From assembly GCF_008831285.2 (NCBI RefSeq), contig NC_045138.2, positions 2,480,001-2,544,000 of the forward strand: DNA of 64,000 nt, written 5' to 3'. The position numbers and the translations under genes are program-made. The notes beneath the pieces were generated by a model, which searched no databases, had not been told where the DNA came from, and was given only the letters and a program-made list of their open reading frames with translations. This stretch comes from Nymphaea colorata (Eukaryota). This document shows, one piece after another, positions 40,991-53,528 of the stretch. Position 1 is the stretch's first letter, and every line of letters begins with the position of its first letter.

Positions 40991-41730
40991 GACTGTGTGG
41001 GCAGAACAAAGGGACAGTGATACTGATAGGAATGAGTTTTTGATCGAAGAGAATTTATAGAGAAAAAAAAGTGTGTGCAGAGTGGATGGAGATGCAGAGG
41101 TGAGTCATGCTTAAGGTCGATGGGCTCATAAATAGAATGGCTGGAAACAGATGGGGAGGGCGGTGAAAGAAGGCATGGTTGGATCACCTTTTATCTTTTT
41201 TCAAAGAAAGTTTTCAACTTCATATATGTGTGTGTGGACTGATGGCGTCCTTCATGTGCGTGTATGTGTGTGTGTGTACCAGTCCTTCATGTGTGTATGT
41301 AGAAAAAATGAAATCAGCCGGCTATTTCTATGGCCAATTTTTTTTTTTTCACGAGTTATATGTATATATTGGAAAAAGCCAGATACCTAGGTCAGGAATA
41401 GAAACCAGACCTTTTAATTTTTTATTAAAAAATTATTTTAAAGAACATATAAACATCCTCATATGTTTATAAAACCTATTTTGATATTAAACATACTTTA
41501 AATCAAGTTGTTTTTATGAAAAATGTTGATTTTTTATTATCAAAATGTTGATGCTATGAGAGCCATTCATTTTTGTTTATTATAAAAACACTACTAAAAC
41601 CCAAAAAATCATCAACTTAATAGACATTTTGCATTAAGTTATCCTTAAGATTTGGTAAGGTTACAATTCAAAAAAAAAAAACACTTTAAATATTATGGTT
41701 TTTGTTCTTGACCTATTGGTCTGGTTACTA

Positions 41731-41780
<50 letters not shown>

Positions 41781-43732
41781 AATTTGCCACGAATTCGATT
41801 TGAATCAGGCCGATCAAAACCGATTTTCATTACAGATATTTTGGTATCAGATCTGGATACAGATAAAGCTTTGAATGTCACGAAAGGCACCTGCCCACTT
41901 TGAGACAGGTGTGCCTCTACCAGTATTCACAGATCATGAGCATGTATGAGGATGTTTAAAATGAATGGACCAAAAAAGTTCATTCCCCATTCAACTTTGG
42001 CACATGAAAGATAAACTTTTTACCACATGAAAACAATAAATGGGATATTTAATGAGCTAAAAGATAGTTTCCTTGACATTCGAGGAAAGGAATGTCTCAT
42101 AAAATCCTGCTTTATTGACAATTAATCCTTGTTCTAATCAGGATTAAGGGGGATTATTACAGTTATTGTGTTGCCATGATCATACACAAGTGCATGCATG
42201 TACATGTACATATTTGTTACATACATAAGAGAGTTTTGATTTGTGATATGTATCTTACTCCAACGTCCGGAAAAGCTTGAACTTGATGAGATCATGAAAA
42301 ATCTAGAAATTTCCCATCTAGAATATTAATGGGTTTTCTTTTTCTCCGTGAGTTTGGTGAGTTGCAGCCTTGTAGACCGTGAAGCCTTACAAAGACTACG
42401 CCATAAATTTAGGCATACTTCCATCAGATTATGGCAAAAGAAAAACCCAAGTCATTAAACTCTTTAAATGCTTTTAACTTCAACATCTTACTTTCAATCG
42501 ACTATCACCCAGCATCTTACTCGAATCGAAAACTTGCTTTTGGTGCCTCAGGTTGTTGTCTCGAACCGCTCTTCAAACTCTATTATACTGTATATTATGA
42601 AGTTGGAGGACGTTTTCCTTCAACAAAACTACCCATGAATGCAATACTTAAAACAACCTTTTTTTCTCCATTTTATTTGGATTATATTCTGTTTCTATTC
42701 GTTAGTGACGTTTCATCATTTTCATGAGTGATGACACCTGACTTGACCTGATATCCAAAAAAATATGCCATGCTTCGTGAAAGAAAATATTTCAGCATCC
42801 AATTTTTCACTAGAATTTTGCGATAAAATCAAAAGCATTAATCTGCTCTATGATTAACTAAAGTTGGAGGCTCAAACTCGGCCGTTTAGAGTGGGAGCTG
42901 CTCTATGGGATACCGAAATATATAGCCACCAGATAAGCTAATCAGAGGACATTTTTTCCAACCAAAGGCAGAAATGATATTTCTTGTGATTCTTAACCGT
43001 GAAATTGAATTCATACATGGAAGTATGGAAGACAGGATTATCATCAGTAAAAAGATGGCAACATGGGTTGCAGAAAGGGCTTAATCTTGGCAAAAGAAAT
43101 TGCCAGGAGAACTGTCAATGGCTTCAGTCAGAAGGTTTACCAAATCATACGTGATCAAGTTGGCATATGTCAAGTTGTTAACCTGAAATACTGTAGAAGG
43201 TTTTTTTTTTTTTCCATAACGCAAGCAACTAGACACATTTTGACACATAAAAATGAACATTTTGTCATATAATTCTAGATTTATTAACCTAAAGCATGAA
43301 TCAAGCAGAGACTCTCTCTTGCTCTCTCTCTCTGTGCCTTCAACTCCACGGTTGTTTACATTGAAAGAAAGAAAATGATCGGAGCCGGTGAACGTGAAGA
43401 TCGGAAATTATCTGAGCCAGGTTAGACAAATACAAAACCCGTGAGTATCAAATCCTGGGAAAGAGGCCAAATAATGGTGCATCGGAGTTAACCAAAGGCA
43501 TATATCACTTTCCCTAGCGCACAAACTTGGAATATGCAGAAAAGTAACGTTGCATAAAACAAAATGCAAGCTTCCCCAGCATTTACACAAGGCAATCCAG
43601 TTTAGTCAGAACACAAGCCACAGTACAAGAAAAGAAAGAATAAAAAAAAGGTATTGGTGTGGTATGGAGATGCATACAAGCTATCATGGACATGGCCCAC
43701 AAGGAGATGTAAAGTACAGAGAAGACTAGTGA

Positions 43733-43975
43733 CTAACTGCAACAACTGCTTTGCTGTTGAATTGGTCGCCCTTTCATTTGCACTGTACTTGGAGGATTTT
43801 TGTTGGCGCTGGTCTGGTTGCCCAATCTGCATAGTGCACAAATAAGACCAAACAATGGACATAAAAATCAGATACGCACAGATGCTTTTTTCGTTCAAAC
43901 TTTTGCTGCAGAGACCTTGAGAAGAAATAAATAAAATAGATAAAAGAACAATCTCTCTCTCTCTCTTTCTCTCTT

Positions 43976-44017
<42 letters not shown>

Positions 44018-47000
44018 ACTCACTCAACAAGTAGCAAAAACAGTACTAATTTCTTATTCACTGCAGAGTATCTAAATAGCACATGCTAGTTCTTTCATGA
44101 AATTTAAAACAAGGATAATGATATCCACGACTGTCCATTTATGGCTTAAGAGTGGATTTTTCGAATGATTTAGATGATCAACATGTTGAATTTTCCCAGC
44201 TTACTTGCATCCAGCCTACTCAGAAAGAAAAGAATCTTCGACATCAGCAATTGGTTCTCAACATGGAGATGTTTTCAGGTCATTTTTATATATTCCACTC
44301 TCCAGTTTGCCGCATGCATGTCAGAGTCAAGGCAAGGGGGCCTCCTCGCTTGCCAACATGATGCCAGAATGATACCGGTCAAAACAATGGGCTTTGCATG
44401 GTGGGAAAAAATATATTAAACAGTCTGCAGGCTATACATGTAACACGGCCAGACTTTTTGAACAGGAGAGATGAGGATTGCACATCTATAAATCCATGCA
44501 CGTGGATACGACACCATAAAGCAGATACATCACCAAATCTTAGCTGGAAACAATAGGCCAGAAAGCTTGCTACATATGAAAGCACCAGAGACTTTACCTC
44601 TTCTTAATTTCCCCAGCCATTGTCACAAAAGCTTTCTCAACATTGATGGAGTCTTTAGCGCTTGTTTCAAGAAAAGGGATTCCAAGCTCATCCGCAAAAG
44701 CCTACAATTCTCAAACGAAGTTGCACCTAATGTAAAGCCTCAGCAGAAAAAACTTACATGTGGAAGATATTGCCACTGGTAGCCTCTCAATGAAAAGAGG
44801 AATATCTATGCAACCAATAATATTGGAAGAAAAAGAGAGAGAGAAAAGAGACTTCTGCTCAAGTCATTTAGCCCCATGTCCCAATGAAACGAAAGTGTGA
44901 AATCATTGAAAAGAGACACGTAAAATACCTTTGCAGTTTGTGTATCCACAACTTTCTCGTCGACCAAATCACATTTGTTCCCAACGAGCAGCTTGCACAC
45001 AGTATCACTTGCATATCTATCAATCTCGTTAAGCCACTGTTTGACATTATTAAAGCTCTCTTGCTCTGTTACGTCATAAACAATCTGCAGCAAACTTAGA
45101 ATAGTTAAGGATGTGACAGTTGGTAGGATACAATAAAGCTACATAAGATAACCCATACAAGAGTAGAAGATGTTTGGATGGAAAAGAAAGGTTACAAATG
45201 TTCTCACTGAACCACTAAAACAGAATAGCATGTAGTGGTGCCCAGTACATCATCAATCATCTGAGAAGTGAACAAACGATAGGATGTGAACACTAGGTCC
45301 TACTTTGCTAGAAGTTGCAGAGTCTAGTCCCAGGTCAGAGATCAAATTTTACTTTGTTGATCAACATCAATATATTGTCAATACTTGAATATATTTCTCA
45401 CTACTCTTCAATCCTATAAACATTAAAAAAATATCAAAAAAGTATGATGCAAATCCATCACAGAATACATAGGAAGCTAGTTTGGGAAAGACTTACAATG
45501 ATTCCATGAGCCCCCCTGTAGTAACTGCTGGTTATGGTTCTAAATCGTTCTTGCCCTGCGGTGTCCCACTAACCAAGGAAGCTTCTATCAGTTCCAAACA
45601 AGAATCACAAGTTCTGCTGATAAGTGATAAATGCAATGAATTTTTATAAAAAATAATAAAACAACTTCTGGTAAAATCAATCCTTCTTGCAAATAAAAGG
45701 TCTAGTTTTCCTTAAACCTAAGAAACCAACAAAATGCTTATGGGCTTTTCTTCGAAAAGAAACAAACAAGCATTTCCATAGTTGCACTTTACCAACATTG
45801 GTGCAACTGCTATAGTAGTTCGTTCAGACACAAAGTAGTAACCTACTGGCATAATGGTTATAAGATTCCCCCCCACCCCCCCCCAAAAAAAAAAAAAGTG
45901 ATTAAAAAAAAATTGACAAGCATACGATAAGTTAGCACGAGTCGGTTGCAAAACCAAATCACCTCCTGACAGATCAATTACCATTGTTGCTTGGGAGTTA
46001 AAGTTTCAAATTTTTACAAATGATTTGTGCTGCCATAAACCAAAGCAGACTTGAAATGGCATTTTATACTATAACTTTCATTCGACGTCCTTTTTCTTTT
46101 TTTAAGTCTTACAGATTCCACAAGAATCTGACCAAATAAAGCAAAATTGACCATCAATGAAGAAGTTAAATCAAGATTAATTATCGTTTCAGACATTTCT
46201 TTTTGGGAGTTGGGGCGATCAAGGCCTTAAAAAATGAGAATAAGACCAATTTCACCTAATTAACACTCGTTCCCTTCTTCCAAGCTTTTGTTTTCTCTCA
46301 ACTTTAAGTCATCCACGATTCAATCTCTATAACAAATTTCAAAGAGAAGGAAAAATCATTGTTTTTCTACAACATGCTGCCAGCATCATCTCTTTTGGAA
46401 TTTGGGCCACCTATTAATCATTTCAAAATAAGACCAAATAATCTTAGGGTTGGCTGCTAAATTTTAGACCTCTGAAAAGTCCTCATCAAAATTTGATCTG
46501 CTAATGACAAAAAGGAAGAAAGAGTTTCAAACAATTTGGGCAAACCCAGTAGCATGAGTCGAACTCATAAACATCAGATATCAAAATTGACAGCCACAGT
46601 GAACGTGTAATGACTTTTCTGAAACAATAATGCGGTCAACAACTTCAACCAAAATGTATCCTTCATTTTTGCGACCCGCTTATAACCATTTCCGCCTCAT
46701 AAAGTCAATCAAAAAGGAAACCACGATAATAAATTGAAAAGAAGAGTGGAAAAGAACAGAATGCAACATAGAGATCCTACCCACTATCACGGATGATATC
46801 TTATTGAATTACATTACAGCCATATTACATGCATGCATACAATCAAGCATAGAAAACACACAGAAGCAAGCCATCTAAAACCAAAATGTTATAGTTTGCG
46901 ACTTCCATTCATCAATATTAATAACCGATAATAGAAACAAGTAGCAATCTAAGCCGCGAAGTAAATAAACCTCAATTGCCAGCACCTTATTAATAAGATT

Positions 47001-47681
47001 TTTCTTTTTCTCTTTTCTCCTTTTTTCTAATTCAACCCCCGAGCGCCCCTCCCCCCACCCACAACAGGAAAAGAACAGAAGATCAAAGAGTACATCACCT
47101 TCAGTTCCAAATAAATAAATGAATGAATCCATTTTCTCCTGGGATACTCACTATTTGAAGCTTGATCGTTTTCCCGTCCAATTCCATGGTTCTGATTTTC
47201 TGGAAGACACCCCACAAATAACAGAAAAACAAGACAAGAAACACGATCTCAATGCACGTCAACAAAAACAAAAAATTCTACCAAAACCCAAAAGGAGACT
47301 AAGGGTTTCGGACTCACGAAATCGACACCGATCGTGCTGATGTAGCTATCCACATAAGAATCATCCTGGAAACCAAATTAACATATTCGAAAGGTTAAAT
47401 ATTCCTCACCCATCCATTGCCAAATCATGCACATCAATCAAAAGAAAGAAAAATTAAGTGCAGATGATCTAAAAAAGACAAAATCTTACAGCGAACCGTA
47501 GAAGGAGGCAAGACTTTCCGACGGAAGAATCTCCGATGAGCAAGAGCTTGAAGAGGTAATCGCTACAAAAAAAACGAGCCACAAATCGACGCATGAACCG
47601 GATAAAATCAGAATTCGAGAAACCCAATAAAAAAATTCACAGAAAGCAAACCAACGAAGAAACTTACTATTCGTTGCTCAT
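43733..47681 (-). CDS. RABD1: Rab GTPase RabD1 (Rab1/Ypt1 family), 8 exons, 202 aa
   Basis: Exons 47681-47668, 47562-47490, 47365-47318, 47199-47152, 45568-45497, 45084-44929, 44701-44598, 43826-43733; 609 nt. [22 protein letters not shown] (GDSS is the RabD1-type P-loop), WDTAGQE, GNKCD, ETSAK, and a C-terminal SSCCS prenylation motif. Confidence 0.96.
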
Positions 47682-48023
47682 TTTCTCTCCTTCAAGAAAC
47701 CCAAAGAAAGACCAAATCAAAGGCAGAAGAAAGAAAAAGAAGGGGGCAAAAAAAAAATTGAAGAGAAATGCTAGAGATCGTTGAGGTATTCACAAAGAAA
47801 TGGAGCCAGAAAGAGAGAAAGAGAGAGACGCTTCCCCCAAATTCTCTAACCTCCCTTCCTGTCTACGCATGCCGTTGAAGCCCCCTGGAGACTTTTGCTT
47901 GCCCAGCTTAGCCCTTCATGCGTTGGTCAAGGACTATTTTGACCTTCTCCACCTAGGGACTGTTTGGCCCGGGATGAAAAATCCTGGGACCAATGGAATG
48001 TGTGTGTGTTTGGAGAACGTGGA

Positions 48024-48133
48024 TTACAATATTTAAAAATTAATTTCTTAGAAATAAAACGAACTAATAAAAAAAATATTTACAATATTTAAAAATTAAT
48101 TTCTTAGAAATAAAACGAAATAATAAAAAAAAT
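48024..48133. repeat. 56-bp AT-rich tandem duplication upstream of RABD1
   Basis: TTACAATATTTAAAAATTAATTTCTTAGAAATAAAACGAA.TAATAAAAAAAAT starts at 48024 and again at 48080. Confidence 0.9.
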
Positions 48134-48259
48134 CTAACATTATTTTGCAATATAGTTAGTGTTTGACAAGTGGTACTCTTGGATTGGCGATGGAATCTAA
48201 TCTGTAGGCTTCAAGAAAGCATAATGTGATGCTTCAAGTAACGAACCGTGTTATATATA

Positions 48260-50175
48260 TCCTTGGGCTAGCTTGATTAAATTAAAAAATATATATTTTT
48301 AATATAAAATAAATAAATATAATTAATCGTAATAAAATATTATAATTATATATTGAAATCAATAAAATATATATTAATTCATATTATCGAGTTGGCCCGA
48401 TGCCCTTTTCTTAAGTTTGGACTGGATTGCCGATAGCCCGACCTAGTGCCCAAACTTACTTTGGAGTGTGATTTTTGAACATCAGTTCTAGTCGAACTTG
48501 AATTTACCTCTTAAATTTGCTTTCTGCAATAATAAGTTGACATTGGATCCACTGGATCGGAACATTTATTTGTGACTTTTTTTTTTTACCTGAACTTTGG
48601 CTAGTGTTTACTTTTGAATTTGAATCTAATCCCGAGATCCAAATTAAGTTAGAGCGTTTTTTTTTATTCCTTTGATATCTAATTTTTTTCGAAAAACTAA
48701 TTTAAATTGGAGAGATACATATTTTCTAACATTTTTTTCATTCCAGTGAGGATTGGGCATCGGGCCTGGGTAATCGCTGTTACCCGGTACCCAGCCCGAC
48801 TTGATTTATTTTTTATTTTATTTTTATTTAATAATATATATTTTATTATTAAAATATATTTTGTGTTTAAAAAAAACTATTTTATATTTAAAAAATATTT
48901 TTATTTTAACCAAGCTATGCCCAGGCTCAGGTTTCAAATATCGGTACAGGCCCGGGCGTTTCAAGCATAAACCTAATTCCAACATGAAGTAAAACAACTA
49001 CCAAAATAAACATCGTCCCATAGTGTGAATCAACAATTGTAACATGGTAATTCAATTTTTTAAACAAACAAGTGTCTCCCAGTGAGGGCCGGAGCCAAGG
49101 GATGGCCGGCATGGGTCCTGACCGCACCTCAAAAAAAGTCTTTTTTTCAAAGAACTTACATTTAAATTTTAGAAAAAATTTACTTGTCCTATATAAAATT
49201 TTTGAGAAATGATATTTCGGTCCATGTCAAAATTTAGAAACTTTAATTTAGCGTTCTTCACGAAAAATTTCTACCTCTGACCCTCCTCTGAACCCTAGGC
49301 TTACTATGTATGTTGATTATGCTTTAGACCAATGGCTGCACACACTTTGATAACTAAGTCTCTTGACTTGGATGCGGGAGCCTTTCTCTCTCTATCTTTC
49401 TGTCTCTCTCTAGCTTTGACCAACGTTGAGTGGCCAACTAAGTGTGTCGACCCAGGTGTGGTTTTCCAGCTTAATGAATCCGAGGTTGAAGAGAAACCCA
49501 TAAACCTTTTAAAGAGCATAGTTAATTAAATTTGAACCATGACCATCTACATAACAGCCACCCAGATTATGCCAACCCACTTGAATCTAGTTCTCTCCTG
49601 CCATTTTATGATTTCACTATTATCTTTATATCGCAATCTGGGCATTGAAGTTAAGGATGAACATCGGGCCACATATCCAATAGTCGGATACCCAGCTTAT
49701 GATGGGTCAAGCTTGGGTTGGTCATTTGATCTTTGGGCCGAGCCAACAAAAGTAACTTGCTGTGTCGAGCTAGCTCAAGTCAAGTATTGAGGACCCGACT
49801 TTGCTCGATATATATATATATATATACACACCTTACTTCTTCGCTTTTTTTTTTTTAATTTTGTTCTCTCTCTTTCTCTCTCTCTCCTCGCTGTGATGTT
49901 GGCAGCCAGCTCCTTTAAAACTAAGCCAAGGTATTATCCGGCAGGGTACTCAGCCCGAAAAAAAGGCATCAAAGCTGGCCAGCGTAGGTGGGCCCGACTA
50001 AGCTCAGTTCGGCCCAATAAGATTTTTTAATATTATTTTTATTAGTTTTTATATATAATTATAATATTTTATTATAATTAATTATGCATTGTTTTATATT
50101 AAATATATATTTTTTAAAATTTCAACTGTGAACCTGACTCCTTATCAAGCGGAACCGGCCTAATGCCCATGCCTA
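48260..50175. mobile_element. Cluster of degenerate MITEs between RABD1 and the glutaredoxin-like gene
   Basis: GGGCATCGGGCC / GCCCGATGCCC / GCCCATGCCTA arms around AT-rich cores, plus a GGAGCC-type element at ~49085-49285. Boundaries approximate. Confidence 0.5.
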
Positions 50176-51629
50176 CTTAAAACCCTTACTGATAACTAGA
50201 AACTCTTTCATCACTGAGGGTACCAATCCCAGGCTTAGCTAGGCTAGGCGTCGACCGTTGAATGGTAAATCCCGATCATTTGACTGCACTCCATTTTCCC
50301 AAGTATGTGTGCATGTGAGGATGCACGCAAACGTGTGTGTGTGCATATATATTAATTAAAAGGTACTAAGAAGAGAACGTGAATACATGTAAGGTGATGT
50401 TTCATAGAGACCTGCCTGACTCGTGCCCATGATACCAACCCCTCCAAATAGTAGTCTGCCAGTATGAGAAAATTTTTGTGATTTATTTTAACAAATGAAT
50501 TTGAAATTGGAACACGCAAGTGGTACCTTGAATTCTCGTTTTTCAGGTTACAATGAAGTATATTTCGATCAAAAAAACTTCTCATAATGCGTTTATCAGA
50601 ATCCAGAAAGAAGGATAATCTGCAATTTCCTGATAAGAATAATTATTAATGTACAGTGCCACCTGAATTTCATAAACTTCTCTAACATCGAATTCGTTTT
50701 AATTCTGAATTTACCTTCAGTCAAGTTTAATCGCAGGATAGTGCCTCTTGGGTCTCGCCCTCCGACTTTCACTTATTCTCAGAGCTTAAAACCTATATGA
50801 TGGTGAAATGTTTGACTTCCTCACTACTATAATTTTCTCGGTACAGTGAGGATAATCTTTACATGAAACAGAAGTTACCAAGGCAATCAAACATGGCCTT
50901 AGAGTAGATAATAGCTGTTATATCCTAGTGATCTGTGATGTGAGGACAGATGACACCGGCTTTACTGGTGCATGTAGAAAACATTTTGCTCGTACATGAG
51001 AGTTATTTTTTAAGCAATAAAAAGAACTTATGTTTGTTCTGTTCCACTAGATAAGTGTAAATGCAAAAATATTATCATAACTGCCAAAGTTATGATGCAT
51101 CATGTTGTATGTACCGGTGTTAGAATCCACGTCTTATGCTCATGAAGATATGATAAAAGTTAAAACTGAAAATTCCCCTGTCAATGATAGCAGTATGCAG
51201 TTTCTTGCTTCTTATTGGAGAAGGCAGAAAAAAACTAGTGAAGAAAGCTTAAAAAACTTAAAACTGCCAAACCATGGTAGACAAATTCTCAAGAAACCAA
51301 CACCCTTTTCTTATCTTGGCTTTGTTGGATTGCATTTTGCCACTGCCAGCTGCATATTGGTAGGCTTCAGCAGGTACGACCCTCTAGGTCCTCCTGCTGA
51401 CTATTGGAGAGTAGGCACACTTTAAACTTACAGCAAGAGGGGCACACTAATGAAATCTAAATTATAATGGAACAAAGGAAAAGTTGCATCAATTGATAAA
51501 AACAAAAAAGACGTACAGAAATAGGAAATTTTTGTAGGCTATTTGTTTACCATATTGTAACACCTCACAAGGATTATACATGTTAGGAGAAACAATTATG
51601 CCTCGTTACCTGGAATAATTCAAAGAGGA

Positions 51630-53487
51630 CTAGCCAGAATATGTTCTGAACAAGTATGATAGTATTTCTCGAAAGTTACTCAGTTGGACACCATTGTTAG
51701 GATCAATCAGGTATGGAACCTGAAATAAATTCAACTATGTCATTTTAGATGAAGAATTAGATGCTATAACTTGCAGTTTAGATCCAGCTAATTAACCAAC
51801 CGAAACAATATCGCATTTATATAACTTCATGCTTTAAATACCATGCAGTAATGCCAATGGTGTAGTATTGAATCTATTGATGGATATAAGCATACCTCTT
51901 TTGATCCTGAGATCTGATACAAGTAACTAACTCTGGAAGATCCTTCCCCAACATTGTTCAGGATATAAGGAAGCTCCAATTCACATAGTGCTTCACGAAC
52001 AATCCTTGCATACTGTGAAGAGACCAATGAGACTCAATCAACAAATCTCCACGGTAGGTTTTCTACAATAAATTCTTCAAACCAATAAGTTTCACTACTT
52101 TCCCAACAACCAGCATTATTGCCAAGAAAAGATGCAGAATAACTATTTCGATTATTAATTTAACAGTAAGATCAGATCCAATATCCTATCATAAGCCAGA
52201 AATTGATTTCAAATTCTTCTCATGCTCAAGTTGGCTTGCACAAAAGTACTGCAGAACGGTCACCTGCTGCATAACTTCTATCATCCATGTTAATAATCTA
52301 GTATATTTCTGAATGAAGTTGAATTACTGAAATTCTTTTTCCTATTTAATTGGTTAAGAAATAGACGTCTATTTGTTTCAGTAATTCAATCATGGTGTAG
52401 GCACATACAGGATTATTTTCATATGAAAATAGTTCCAACTTTTGAGGTGGTGCTACTGTCTTGGCCTTTGTCCACAGCTTCAAACCTCTTCCTGCTCGGA
52501 GAATTGTTGGTACCCATCCCGTGAATAGTGTGCTGCATGAAGCCAACGCATTGTTTCAGCTTATCAGGGAATATACAGGTACAAGATCAAAATTTGGATA
52601 ATCATGCCTAAGTGATCTAACTTCAAATACCTGCACCAATTGAACACAAATCTATTGCTTAAGTTAATGTCCAGCTAGGTTTTGAGTTTCCGCCTGCAAG
52701 GTGGAATGCGGGATAAATGCTAACCAAAATCCTTCCTAAAATAACCACTAGAGTGGTTGAACTTTCTATCATTAATTTGCAGCTTTACTGAATCAAAATC
52801 AAGTCATAAAACATAATAGGAAAGCTAGTGTCAAGAAAAGTAAATGGCTGGCACTAGCCACACTACTTCTTCCAGAAAGACATACAAATTGCAACCAAAT
52901 ATGCAGTTCTCTGGATATCATATCGTAAATATTACCATGCAGGAAATTATAACTGAAAGGATCTGTACCTTTCCAAGAGCCCAGGAGATGGGTTCCTTCC
53001 TTGACCGTACTGCTGGTATAGGTATTTAACTATTTCTCCTAAATTAAAGGGAAGGAGAAGAAATATTAAAATGATTTCTCTGTTGAATAAAAGAACAAAA
53101 CTAAGACCAGAAAAAGGTCACCATGAGCGAAATGTGCAGAAGCTAGGAAATGAAAATTTAGAAAAAAAAATACAATTATACACACCAACATGTGCAGGCC
53201 AGAAGAAGAAACCGGGTCTCACATGGAAACAGTATAAATTCTGAGAATAGCAAGAAAAGGATCAAGCAAACCATTTTCTCTAATCAAAGGGCAAGACAAA
53301 ATATCATATGGCAAAATACAAACAAAATTATTCCCAATCCTATGTCACATGAGTGCAGAGAGTGGGTGCTGGTGCCAGTGCGGATGAGGGTGCCGCCACA
53401 GCACATCCCAAAAAATTTGGGTGCGGAGGTGCAGTGAGGGTATATATATACATAATATATTTATTATATATACAAATGTATGTATTC

Positions 53488-53528
<41 letters not shown>

